Shown here: piece by piece, positions 41,393-50,351 of the stretch
Position numbering within the stretch: position 1 is the stretch's first letter
Layout of the letters: each line of letters opens with the position of its first letter
From: an uncultured delta proteobacterium
Lineage (GTDB): Bacteria; Myxococcota; Myxococcia; Myxococcales; Myxococcaceae
Assembly (NCBI GenBank): GCA_963776345.1
Contig: CAVZMH010000007.1
Span: 42,709-106,708, forward strand
DNA: 64,000 nt
Direction: 5' to 3'
Translations under genes and position numbers: made by a program
The notes under the pieces: model-generated
What the model was told of the DNA's origin: nothing
The model's input: the letters and a program-made list of their open reading frames with translations, nothing else
Databases searched by the model: none

Positions 41393-42328
41393 GTGGAGCC
41401 TGGGGTGATGGGGCCGCCGGCGCTCGATCCGGACCGCGAGCAGGCCTTCGCCCTCTTCCGGGAGGGCCGCGTCTCGACGCGCAACGCCGCGGCGGTGCTC
41501 CTCATGAGCCTGCTGCTCTTCGGCGCCTTCGCGCTCCGCGATCGGAGACCGGTCGACGTGCTGGTGCTGGTGGCGGTGCTGTTCCTCCACGAGCTCGGCC
41601 ACTGGGCCGCGATGCGCCTGTGCGGGTACCAGGACACCAGCATCTTCTTCATCCCCCTCTTCGGGGCCGCGGCGTCGGGCCGCAGCATCGACGGCGCGGC
41701 GTGGAAGGAGGGGCTGGTGCTGCTGGCAGGTCCGCTGCCCGGGCTCTTGCTCGGCATCCCGGTGCTCGCCGGCGGCGTGCTCCTGCACGAGGAGACGGCG
41801 AGGCGCGCGGGGTACGCGCTGCTCGGGGTGAACGCCTTCAACCTGCTCCCGCTGGTGCCCCTCGACGGCGGGCGGCTCTTCGAGCTGGTGCTCTTCCGGC
41901 GCCATCCCCTGCTCCTGGACGGCTTCCGGACCTGTGCGGCGGGCGGCCTGGGCGTGACGGCCCTCTGGCTTCACGACTGGATCCTGGGCGTGGTGGGAGT
42001 GGCGCTCCTGGCCACGCTGCCCGCGGGCCGGCGCATGCGAAGCGCCGTGGACGCGCTTCGCGGTCGGGTCGACGCCCGGGCTGCTCCTGCCGCGCTCGCT
42101 CCCGACGAGGTCGACGCGCTGTACGGCGCGGCCCGGGAGGTGTACCCGGGCCCAGAGCTGAGGCCCGCTCAGCGGGCCCGGACCATGCTGCAGCTGCAGG
42201 ACGCGCTCCGGACGAGAACCCCGGGCTGGGGTGTCTCGCTGGCGCTCCTCGGCGGCTGGGTGCTCGGCGCGGCGCTGGTGGCGGTCGCCGTCGTCGGCGC
42301 GGCCCTGGCGCGGCGGCTCGCCGGCTGA
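41393..42328 (+). CDS. Site-2 protease (M50) family
   Basis: HELGH, LAGP and FNLLPLVPLDGGR motifs. Confidence 0.9.
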   Translation: MEPGVMGPPALDPDREQAFALFREGRVSTRNAAAVLLMSLLLFGAFALRDRRPVDVLVLVAVLFLHELGHWAAMRLCGYQDTSIFFIPLFGAAASGRSIDGAAWKEGLVLLAGPLPGLLLGIPVLAGGVLLHEETARRAGYALLGVNAFNLLPLVPLDGGRLFELVLFRRHPLLLDGFRTCAAGGLGVTALWLHDWILGVVGVALLATLPAGRRMRSAVDALRGRVDARAAPAALAPDEVDALYGAAREVYPGPELRPAQRARTMLQLQDALRTRTPGWGVSLALLGGWVLGAALVAVAVVGAALARRLAG

Positions 42329-42350
42329 CGGAGTGCGACCGTGGGGTGGG

Positions 42351-43346
42351 TCAGCGCCGCTTGAGGGCCGGCAGCGGCGCCGGCCCGGCGAGCTCGGTCG
42401 CGCCCTTCACCGCCTCGGCCACCCGGGCGCGGGCGGTGAGCGCGGCCAGCCGGGCCTTGCCGAACATCGCGGGCATGCTCTGCAGCGCGGCCCGCTCCTC
42501 CGGCGTGTACTTCTGGAAGGCGTACTTCACCGAGTCCGAGGGGAGCCGGAGGTCCCACACCAGCCCCAGCGCCGAGATCGCCTTCAGCACGTAGAAGCTC
42601 GCGTCCACCTCCCACCAGAACCAGCCCTGGTTGGCGGTGTTCTGGTGGTAGTGGTGGTTGTTGTGCCAGCCCTCGCCGCAGGTGACGAGCGCGAGGAGGA
42701 AGTTGTTCCGGCTGGTGTCGGTGGTCTTGTACCGGCGCGAGCCGAACACGTGGCTCAGCGAGTTGATGGTGAAGGTGCCGTGCCAGAGCAGCACGGTGCT
42801 CACGAAGAAGCCCCACACCAGCAGCGGGAAGCCGCCGATCAGGAACACCGCCACTGCGAGGAGGAAGGGCGGAAGCAGGTGGAAGCGATTCAGGAACCGC
42901 AGCTCGGGGAAGCTCGCGAAGTCCTTGATCGACTCGGTACGGGTCTCCCCGTACTTGTCCGAGAGGATCCACCCCACGTGGCTCCACCAGAAACCATCCT
43001 GGAGCGGCGAGTGGATGTCCGCAGGCTGATCCGACTCGCGGTGGTGGTGCCGGTGGTTCGCCGCCCACCAGAGCACGCCCTTCTGCGCCGAGGTCTCGGC
43101 GAAGAAGGCGAGCAGGAACTGGAACACCCGCGAGGTCTTGAAGGCGCGGTGGGCGAAGTACCGGTGGTACCCCACGGTCACGGGCCACATCCGCGCGTAG
43201 TACAGCGCCAGCGCCCACACCACGTAGGACCAGTGGAAGGGCACGAAGAAGACGGCCACCCCGGCGAAGACGTGGAACGCGAAGAACGGGATCGAGGCGA
43301 CCCAGTTGATGCGGTGATCCCGGGCGGGGGTGGCGGCAGTCGACAT
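42351..43346 (-). CDS. Acyl-CoA (delta-9-type) fatty acid desaturase
   Basis: His boxes HRYFAH, HRHHH and GEGWHNNHH. Confidence 0.93.
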   Translation of the reverse strand: MSTAATPARDHRINWVASIPFFAFHVFAGVAVFFVPFHWSYVVWALALYYARMWPVTVGYHRYFAHRAFKTSRVFQFLLAFFAETSAQKGVLWWAANHRHHHRESDQPADIHSPLQDGFWWSHVGWILSDKYGETRTESIKDFASFPELRFLNRFHLLPPFLLAVAVFLIGGFPLLVWGFFVSTVLLWHGTFTINSLSHVFGSRRYKTTDTSRNNFLLALVTCGEGWHNNHHYHQNTANQGWFWWEVDASFYVLKAISALGLVWDLRLPSDSVKYAFQKYTPEERAALQSMPAMFGKARLAALTARARVAEAVKGATELAGPAPLPALKRR

Positions 43347-43402
43347 CGAGTCCTCTGGCGAGAGTGCAAGGGAGAGGATGCACACCCCCTGTCAGGGCCC
43401 TG

Positions 43403-44764
43403 TCAGGACGCGGCAGATTTTCCCAGGGATTCGAGCCACTCCTGGAAGGCCGGCACCCCCGCCAGGGGCACGAGGTCCGGGTCGGTGGCGGCCCCTTCTC
43501 GGTCGGAGTAGCCCAGCTCACGGGCGCGGATCAGGAGCGTGACGGCCCGCCGGACGTCTCCCGCGCGCGCGTGGGCGCAGGCGACGTCGTAGGCCCGGGC
43601 GGCAGAGGGGCGGCGGGCCAGCGATTCGTCCCCGAAGCGAGCGGCCTCCGAGTAGGCGCCCCTGAGGAAGGCGACCCGTTCCGCGCACTCGTACGCCGTG
43701 GCCAGGTCCACGCCCGGAAGCGCCGACGCGGCCTGGACGTTGCCCTGCCGGATGAGCGCGCCCGCCCACTCGTGGAGGACGGTGGCGTCGCGGGTCCGGC
43801 GTGCGGCCTGCTCCCAGAGGGGGATGGCGCGCGCGTCGTCCCCGACGAGGCTGAACGCCGCGGCCACCGCCTGTGGCTCGACGGGCCGGCCCTGGACCTG
43901 GCTGAACTCGTCGAGCGCGCGCCGTCCCTCGCCCTCCTTCAGCGCCACCCAGCCCAGCAGATGGTGGATGCGCGAGCGGGTGAGGACGGGGAGCTCGGCG
44001 CGGAGAAGTGCCGAAGCCTGCTCCCGCGCGCGCTCGAGCTGCCCGGAGCGGAACAGGGCCTCGGCCTCGAGCAGCTGCCGCGGAGGTGGGGCCTCGGGCG
44101 GGGCGCGCCAGAACTCGACCAGGGCCTGGGAGTTCTGGAAGCCGAAGAACACCAGGACCATCAGCAGCACCGGGTTCCCTCCCGAGCGGTAGAGCAGGAA
44201 GGCGAGGCCCGCGCAGGTCAGCGCGCCGAGCGAGAGCGCGGCGAGAACGCCGGCCCTCCCGAACACCCGCCCGAGGAGCGCCCGGCTCACCCGTCCACCG
44301 TCCATCGGCAGGACGGGGAGGAGATTGAGCACCGCCCAGCCGGCGTTCGCGCTGGCGGCGAGGTCCAGCGCCTGGCGGGCGATCCCGCCTCCGGGCACCT
44401 TGCCGGACGCCCACCAGCAGAGGAGGCCCAGGCTCGCGCCGAACAGCGGTCCGGCGAGCGTGGAGACCACGTCCTTGCCCCAGCTCAGCGGGGTGTCGGT
44501 GGCCGGCGTGGTCACGCCCCCGAACACCACCAGCTGGACGGTCGACGGATAGCCGTAGGCCCGGAAGGCCAGGGCGTGCCCCAGCTCGTGAACCAGCACC
44601 GAGACGAACACCACCCCGATCCAGACCACCACCCAGGCGAGCTTGGCCCCCGACCCGGCGGCTGGGTCGACGGCGCGAGCGTCGGACAGGCCGAACATCA
44701 GACCCACCAGGAAGTGGGCGGGATGCACCAGCACGGAGATGGATCCGAGGCGGAAGCGCAGCAC
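43403..44764 (-). CDS. Site-2 protease (M50) with C-terminal TPRs
   Basis: HELGH, AGP, LNLLPVLPMDGG, TPR tail ending AYDVACAHAR..DPDL. Confidence 0.88.
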   Translation of the reverse strand: MLRFRLGSISVLVHPAHFLVGLMFGLSDARAVDPAAGSGAKLAWVVVWIGVVFVSVLVHELGHALAFRAYGYPSTVQLVVFGGVTTPATDTPLSWGKDVVSTLAGPLFGASLGLLCWWASGKVPGGGIARQALDLAASANAGWAVLNLLPVLPMDGGRVSRALLGRVFGRAGVLAALSLGALTCAGLAFLLYRSGGNPVLLMVLVFFGFQNSQALVEFWRAPPEAPPPRQLLEAEALFRSGQLERAREQASALLRAELPVLTRSRIHHLLGWVALKEGEGRRALDEFSQVQGRPVEPQAVAAAFSLVGDDARAIPLWEQAARRTRDATVLHEWAGALIRQGNVQAASALPGVDLATAYECAERVAFLRGAYSEAARFGDESLARRPSAARAYDVACAHARAGDVRRAVTLLIRARELGYSDREGAATDPDLVPLAGVPAFQEWLESLGKSAAS

Positions 44765-44840
44765 GGTCCCGTCACCTAGCACCGGGGGAGGGGGTCCTGC
44801 GCGCACGAAGGCTCCGTGCTATGCGCCCGGAGCCATCTCG

Positions 44841-45851
44841 ATGCTCCGCCTCGGCCCCTACGCGCTGAAGAACCCCTGGGTCCTCGCCCCGATGGCCGGG
44901 GTGAGCGAGCAGCCGTTCCGCGTGCTCGCCTTCCGCATGGGGGCGGCGCTCTGTCCCACCGAGCTGGTCAGCGCCCAGGGGTTGATGCGGGCGAACGCCC
45001 GGACGGTGCGCTACCTCCGGCACGACGCCGAGGTGGAGCGTCCCTACTCGCTGCAGCTCTTCGGCGGCGAGCCGGAGGCGATGGCGCGGGCCGCCCTGAC
45101 GGGGAAGGAGTGGGGCGCGCAGATCATCGACCTGAACATGGGCTGCCCGGTGAAGAAGGTCACCAAGAGCGGCGCGGGCTCCGCCCTGCTCTGTGACCCG
45201 CCGCGGGCGGCGGCCATCGTCCGCGCCATCCGCGAGGCTACCGGCCTGCCGGTGACGGCGAAGATCCGCAGCGGGTGGGACGCCCAGCGCCGGAATTATC
45301 TCGAGATGGCCGCGGCGCTCGAGGACGCCGGCTGCGTGGGCCTGGCGGTGCATCCCCGCACCCGCGCCCAGGGTTACGCCGGCCAGGCGGACTGGTCGGT
45401 GATCGCCGATCTGCGGAAGCACGTGCGGTCGATGACGCTGATCGGCAACGGCGACGTGAAGACCCCGGCCGACGCCGTGCGGATGCGCGAGACCACCGGC
45501 TGCGACCTGGTGATGATCGGCCGGGGTGCGCTGGGGAATCCGTGGATCTTCCGCCAGCTCGAGGGCGGGCCGGCGCCGGACAGCGACGAGCGGTGCCAGG
45601 TCGTCCTCGGGCACTTCCGGGCGCACGTGGCCTTCGTCGGCGACGCCGCGGCGGCGGTCCGCAGCTTCCGCAAGCACCTTTCTTGGTATTCGCACGGGCT
45701 GCGCGGCGCCGCCGCGTTCCGGGCCGAGGTCAACCAGCTGGTGCAGCCGGAGCAGGTGGAGCTCACGGTCCGGCGTTTCTTCCAGCAGGCGGTGGCGGAC
45801 CTGGCTCCCGCCGAGGAGCAGGACGTGGACTACCGCGCAGCGCTGGGCTGA
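44841..45851 (+). CDS. dusB: tRNA-dihydrouridine synthase B
   Basis: LAPMAG, QLFG, DLNMGCP, VHPRT, GNGDV and MIGRGALGNPW motifs. Confidence 0.93.
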   Translation: MLRLGPYALKNPWVLAPMAGVSEQPFRVLAFRMGAALCPTELVSAQGLMRANARTVRYLRHDAEVERPYSLQLFGGEPEAMARAALTGKEWGAQIIDLNMGCPVKKVTKSGAGSALLCDPPRAAAIVRAIREATGLPVTAKIRSGWDAQRRNYLEMAAALEDAGCVGLAVHPRTRAQGYAGQADWSVIADLRKHVRSMTLIGNGDVKTPADAVRMRETTGCDLVMIGRGALGNPWIFRQLEGGPAPDSDERCQVVLGHFRAHVAFVGDAAAAVRSFRKHLSWYSHGLRGAAAFRAEVNQLVQPEQVELTVRRFFQQAVADLAPAEEQDVDYRAALG

Positions 45852-46741
45852 GCGCGGCGGGCACCTCTCCCCCGGGGGAGGGACCGCTCCGCCGCCTCGT
45901 GGAGCACCTGCACCATCACGGCCCGGAGATCCGCCACGCGCCCGGGCGCCGCGTCGCCCGCGCCCTCGACCCGGAAGGCCATCGAGGGAAGCGCGGGCAG
46001 CCGCCGCTCGATGAGGCGCCTGACCCGCAGCGGCGTCCCGAGCTCGGTGCGGACGGTGACCCCCAGCCCGGCCGACACCGCCGCCCACAGGCCCGAGAGG
46101 CTCGGGCTGCTGAACGCCACGCGCCAGGGGAGCCCGGCGCGGTCCAGCGCCTCCAGCGCGAGCCGCCGGAAGGTGCAGGGGGGCTCGAAGAGCACCAGTG
46201 GCAGCGGCGTCCCCGGGCTCCATCGGAAGCCCGGCGCGGCGAGCCAGCAAACCGGTAGCTGCGCTTCCTCCGGATCGGGCCGTCCGGGCTCGGGATCGAA
46301 GGTGACGGCCAGGTCCAGCGCCGCGCGGGAGAGGAGCTCCCTCAGGACCACGTTTCGCTCCACCCGCACCTCGAGCTGCACGCGGGGATGCGCCCGGGCG
46401 AAGCGGCCCAGCGCCCAGGGGAGCCAGCGCTCGGCGACGTCCTGCGGAAGGCCCAGGCGGATCGGCGCCCCGGCCGCGTCCTCGCCCAGCCCCTCGAGGA
46501 GCTGGTCATTGAGGGCCAGCATCCTCCGGCCGACCGCGAGCACCCGCTCCCCCTCGGCGTTGAGCTCCAGGCGACGCCCGGCCTTGCGGAAGAGCCGCCG
46601 ACCGCACTGGGCCTCGAGCCGCTTCAGCTGCAGGCTGACGGCGGAGAGCGTGCGCCCGACCCGCCGCGAGGCGCGCGAGAGGGTGCCGGTCTCCTGCACC
46701 AGGGACAGGGTCCGCAGCAACTCGAGATCCAGGGTCTGCAC
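45830..46741 (-). CDS. LysR family regulator
   Basis: LDLELLRT, HTH AVSLQLKRLE and substrate-binding domain AVSAGLGVT. Confidence 0.92.
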   Translation of the reverse strand: MQTLDLELLRTLSLVQETGTLSRASRRVGRTLSAVSLQLKRLEAQCGRRLFRKAGRRLELNAEGERVLAVGRRMLALNDQLLEGLGEDAAGAPIRLGLPQDVAERWLPWALGRFARAHPRVQLEVRVERNVVLRELLSRAALDLAVTFDPEPGRPDPEEAQLPVCWLAAPGFRWSPGTPLPLVLFEPPCTFRRLALEALDRAGLPWRVAFSSPSLSGLWAAVSAGLGVTVRTELGTPLRVRRLIERRLPALPSMAFRVEGAGDAAPGRVADLRAVMVQVLHEAAERSLPRGRGARRAQPSAAR

Positions 46742-46754
46742 CGGAGGTCCAAGC

Positions 46755-46801
46755 TTCAAGAAGACTCAAGTGTCAGTCAAGAACTTCGAGATTTTCTCGA
46801 A
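46755..46801. promoter_or_regulatory. AT-rich LysR operator region in the divergent promoter
   Basis: Perfect inverted repeat TTCGAGA-TTT-TCTCGAA at 46785-46801, plus repeated TCAAG units. Confidence 0.6.
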
Positions 46802-46871
46802 TCGAGGCCGACAGTACGAGAAGCGGCGTGGTCGCGCCAGTCCGGCCGGCCCGTCACCAGGGAGCCCCGTC

Positions 46872-47270
46872 ATGCCGTTCATCCACGTCCGCTACTCCAC
46901 CCCGGTCGATCGAGACCTCCGCCAGCCCCTCGCCGCCCTGGTCACCGAGACCACGGCCAAGGTCCTCCGGAAGAACGCCGAGCTCACCTCGGTGGCCGTC
47001 GAGCAGGTCCCCGCGGCCAGCTGGTTCATCGCCGGGAGATCGCTCGCCGAGCACCGGAAGGCCACCTTCTTCCTCGAGGTCCGCGTCACCCGGGGCACCA
47101 ACGTGAAGGAGGAGAAGGCCGCGTACCTCCGGGAGATCTTCCGGGGCATGGAGGCCCTGCTCGGCCCGCTGCACCCCGAGTCGTACGTCCACGTGCACGA
47201 GGCGGACGGCGACGCTTACGGCTACGGCGGCCTGTCGCAGGACGCGCGCTGGGTCCGGGCGAACGCCTGA
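46872..47270 (+). CDS. 4-oxalocrotonate tautomerase family protein (two-subunit fused type)
   Basis: N-terminal catalytic Pro (MPFIHV), GTN.KEEK, SYVHVHE and YGYGGLSQ. Confidence 0.88.
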   Translation: MPFIHVRYSTPVDRDLRQPLAALVTETTAKVLRKNAELTSVAVEQVPAASWFIAGRSLAEHRKATFFLEVRVTRGTNVKEEKAAYLREIFRGMEALLGPLHPESYVHVHEADGDAYGYGGLSQDARWVRANA

Positions 47271-47286
47271 CGCCGGACCGGCGACG

Positions 47287-48612
47287 TCAGCCGGTGGCGG
47301 CGACCGGGGTGGGCGCGCGCAGCGGCGGGGCGACCCCCCGTGGCGGCCGGAGCTCCCGCTCCAGGGCCGTGGAGCGGAAGTAATCGCAGGCCGGGGTCGC
47401 GCGCCGCTCGAGCGTGGCGAAATCCACGTGGTACAGCCCGAACCGCGGGCCCCACCCCTCGAGCCACTCGAAGTTGTCGAGCAGGGACCAGTAGAGGTAG
47501 CCGCGCACGTCGATGCCCGCGGACTGGGCCTGGAGCACCGCGGCCCAGTGCCTCCAGAGGAACTCGCTCCGGCGGTCGCCCGCCCGGTCGTCGATCCCGT
47601 TCTCGGTCACCCACACCGGGAGCCCGTAGCGCCGGGTGGAGAGCAGCACCTGGGTGAGGCCTTCCGGGTACAGCTCCCAGCCGATGTCGGTGAGTCCGCG
47701 GTGGAGCGGGTCGCGGTACTTGAACTCGAGATACGGCGCGCGGGCCACGAAGCGGAGGTGCGCCCGCGTGTAGTAATTGACCCCCACGAAGTCGAGGCTG
47801 TCCCGCGCGCCTTCCAGCGTCTGCCGGGTGGTGAAGAGGCCGGGCATGAACATCCGCAGCTCACCGGTGAGCAGCGCCTCGAGGAAGGTGTGGTTGTAGG
47901 CCTGGTCCGCGAGCCGCACCAGCGCGTGGTCCATCGGGTTCCAGACGCGGTCGGCGGAGAAGGCCAGCATGTTCTGGCTGGTGCCGATGGGCAGCTTGCC
48001 GGCGTGGGTGAGAAGCTCCTCTCGCGCCGCGGCGTGCGCCCGGCCGATGTTCGCCAGCGCCGGCATGGCCAGTCTCGGATCGGCGATGCCCGGGGGAATC
48101 ACTCCCTGCACGTAGCCGCCGAGGAGCAGCACCATCGGCTCGTTGAAGGTGAGCACCACCGCGTCGAGGCCGCGGAGCACCTCGGCGCAGGCCCGGGCGT
48201 AGCGCCGGAAGGCGGCCACGCTCTCCGGGTGGTGCCAGGGCGTCTGGCGATGGAACCACGCCGGGTGCGTGAAGTGATGCAGCGTCACCACCGGCCGCAG
48301 CCCCACCTCGGTCATCGCCACCAGCCGACGCCGGTAGCCGTCCAGCGCCTCCTCGTCGAAGCGGCCGCGCTGTGGCTCGATGCGCGCCCACTCCAGGCTC
48401 ATCCGGAACGCCGTCGCGCCGAGGTCGCGCGCGAGGCGGTAGTCCTCGCTCCAGCGGTTCCAGTGATCCACGCCGGCGCCGGCGACGTGCTTGGTGCGGC
48501 CCGCGCGCTCCCACTCGCTCCAGTCGTTCTCGATGTGACCCTCGACCTGGTACGCGGCGGTGGCGACACCGAAGACGAAGTCGGAGGGGAAGTGGAGTGG
48601 AGGCGCGTTCAT
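47287..48612 (-). CDS. Glycoside hydrolase family 1 (beta-glucosidase)
   Basis: FGVATAAYQVEG, TFNEP, VTENG and DNFEW motifs. Confidence 0.94.
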   Translation of the reverse strand: MNAPPLHFPSDFVFGVATAAYQVEGHIENDWSEWERAGRTKHVAGAGVDHWNRWSEDYRLARDLGATAFRMSLEWARIEPQRGRFDEEALDGYRRRLVAMTEVGLRPVVTLHHFTHPAWFHRQTPWHHPESVAAFRRYARACAEVLRGLDAVVLTFNEPMVLLLGGYVQGVIPPGIADPRLAMPALANIGRAHAAAREELLTHAGKLPIGTSQNMLAFSADRVWNPMDHALVRLADQAYNHTFLEALLTGELRMFMPGLFTTRQTLEGARDSLDFVGVNYYTRAHLRFVARAPYLEFKYRDPLHRGLTDIGWELYPEGLTQVLLSTRRYGLPVWVTENGIDDRAGDRRSEFLWRHWAAVLQAQSAGIDVRGYLYWSLLDNFEWLEGWGPRFGLYHVDFATLERRATPACDYFRSTALERELRPPRGVAPPLRAPTPVAATG

Positions 48613-48691
48613 CGCGAGCGAGAAGGATGAAACCTAACAGCGCGCGCTGCTCCTCGCGTGCACGCGCGCCTCCGAGCTCCCGGTCGATTCG

Positions 48692-48721
48692 TTGACATGA
48701 GGGCGCTCACGTCACTACCAT
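48692..48721 (+). promoter_or_regulatory. sigma70-type promoter
   Basis: TTGACA (48692-48697), 18-bp spacer, TACCAT (48716-48721). Confidence 0.7.
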
Positions 48722-48774
48722 TCGTTTCACTCACTCGGCCCGAGTGACGAACACGAACCCGGAGGGACGGACTG

Positions 48775-48858
48775 ATGGCCGCAAAGAAGAAGACCGCGAA
48801 GAGGAAGCCGGCCGCAAAGAAGAAGACCGCGAAGAGGAAGACGTCCAAGCGGAGGTAG
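48775..48858 (+). CDS. 27-aa Lys/Arg-rich microprotein MAAKKKTAKRKPAAKKKTAKRKTSKRR (histone H1-tail-like)
   Basis: GGAGG RBS at 48761, ATG 48775, TAG 48856-48858, flanked by a promoter and a terminator. Not in the ORF track. Confidence 0.75.
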   Translation: MAAKKKTAKRKPAAKKKTAKRKTSKRR

Positions 48859-48884
48859 CGGTCACTCTCCTCCGGGAGAAGACG

Positions 48885-48921
48885 AACGGCTCGGCGGATC
48901 GCCGGGCCGTTTCGCTTTTCT
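48885..48921 (+). terminator. Intrinsic terminator
   Basis: AACGGCTCGGCG-GAT-CGCCGGGCCGTT stem followed by TCGCTTTTCT. Confidence 0.75.
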
Positions 48922-48940
48922 GGGCAGGCTCGGACCACCC

Positions 48941-50350
48941 GTGTCGCTGAGACCGAGCGAGCTGAGAGACGTGGCCGGTGCGCTGGAGCCCGAGCTGGCC
49001 GGCGCGGTGGTGCAGAAGGTCCGCGCCCCCTGGCCCGAGCAGCTGGAGCTGGAGCTGCGGCAGCCTGGGCGCACGGTGCGCTTGCTCCTGAGCGTCGAGC
49101 CGGGACTGGAAAGGCTCTCGGTGGTCGATGCACGGACGCTCCCCTCGGCCGGCGGCGGGCCCTCCCCCTGGCTGCTGCGAGTCCGGAAGGAGCTGACCGG
49201 TCGCCGGCTCTCGTCCATCCGCCGCACCGGGCCCAGGGAGGTTCGCCTGGGATTCGAGAGGGGCGGCACGCTCTGCTCGGTGGTGGCCGAGCTGGGCCCG
49301 CCCGGCGTGCTGCTCCTCCTGGGTGACGCCGACGCGCCGCTCGCCGCGTCTCATGGACCGGCGAGGGCGGCCCGCCCGGCGACGGAGGGCGCGGGCGACG
49401 AGGGCCCGCCGTCGCGGCTCGGCGAGGCGCGAGGGCTCGAGGCCGGCCGTGCCGCCGAGGCGCTGGTCGGCGCGCGAGCCTCGGTGGTCCGCCGGGAGGC
49501 GCTGAAGCGGGCGCGCATCCATCCGCTCCACGCCGCGCTCCAGCGCCTGCGCCGGACGCGGGCCAAGGTCGAGGCCGAGGCGAACCGGGATGCGGCCGCC
49601 GAGGAGCACCGTCGCTGGGGTGAGCTCCTCTCCCGCGCTCTGGACTCGGTGGCCCGCGGCGCGAGCTCGGTGCGGCTGACCGAGTGGACCGCGGCGGGCC
49701 CACGCGAGGTGGAGGTTCCGCTCGAGCCCACGCTCGCCCCGCGCGCCCAGGTGGAGCGCCACTTCCACCAGTACCGGCGTCTGCTGCGCGGGAGCGCGCT
49801 GGCCCGGGGGCGGCTCGTCATCCTGGATCGGGAGATCGCCGCCGCCGAGCGTGCCCTGTCCGAGGCCGAGGCGAGCACCGCGAGCGAGGCGGCGATGCCG
49901 GTCGTCCCGGTCCCGGCCGCGCGGCCGCGGAAGCGCGCGGCGCCCGCCCACCGTCCGTACCGCGTCTTCCGCAGCGCCGACGGGCATCTGCTCTGGGTCG
50001 GCCGGGCCGGCGAGGACAACGCGGCGCTGACCTTCCGGGTGGCCCGTCCGCACCACCTCTGGATGCACGCCCGCGGCGTGCCCGGGGCGCACGTGGTGGT
50101 GCCGCTGGAGAAGGGCGAGGAGGTCCCGCCGGAGTCGGTGCTCGACGCCGCGCACCTCGCGCTGCACTTCTCCAGGGCCGCGGGCGAGCCGCGGGGCGAG
50201 GTGGCGTGGACGCGAGCCCGGCTCGTCCGGCGGGTGAAGGGCGGCGCGCCCGGGCAGGTGACGTACACCGGGGAGAAGGTGCTCGCCATCCGGGTGGAGC
50301 CGGGGCGGCTCGAGCGTCTGCTCCGCTCGCGCGAGGACTCCGGCAGCTAA
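48941..50350 (+). CDS. NFACT/FbpA (RqcH-like) RNA-binding protein
   Basis: NFACT-N start (LAGAVVQKV), coiled coil, and NFACT-R (VGR..DN..LT, WMHARGVPGAHVV, AAHLALHFS). Confidence 0.88.
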   Translation: MSLRPSELRDVAGALEPELAGAVVQKVRAPWPEQLELELRQPGRTVRLLLSVEPGLERLSVVDARTLPSAGGGPSPWLLRVRKELTGRRLSSIRRTGPREVRLGFERGGTLCSVVAELGPPGVLLLLGDADAPLAASHGPARAARPATEGAGDEGPPSRLGEARGLEAGRAAEALVGARASVVRREALKRARIHPLHAALQRLRRTRAKVEAEANRDAAAEEHRRWGELLSRALDSVARGASSVRLTEWTAAGPREVEVPLEPTLAPRAQVERHFHQYRRLLRGSALARGRLVILDREIAAAERALSEAEASTASEAAMPVVPVPAARPRKRAAPAHRPYRVFRSADGHLLWVGRAGEDNAALTFRVARPHHLWMHARGVPGAHVVVPLEKGEEVPPESVLDAAHLALHFSRAAGEPRGEVAWTRARLVRRVKGGAPGQVTYTGEKVLAIRVEPGRLERLLRSREDSGS

Positions 50351-50351
50351 C

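Noticed and set aside
45830..45851. Convergent overlap of dusB and LysR 3' ends
   Set aside because: A 22-nt tail overlap is common in GC-rich genomes and there is no sign of function.
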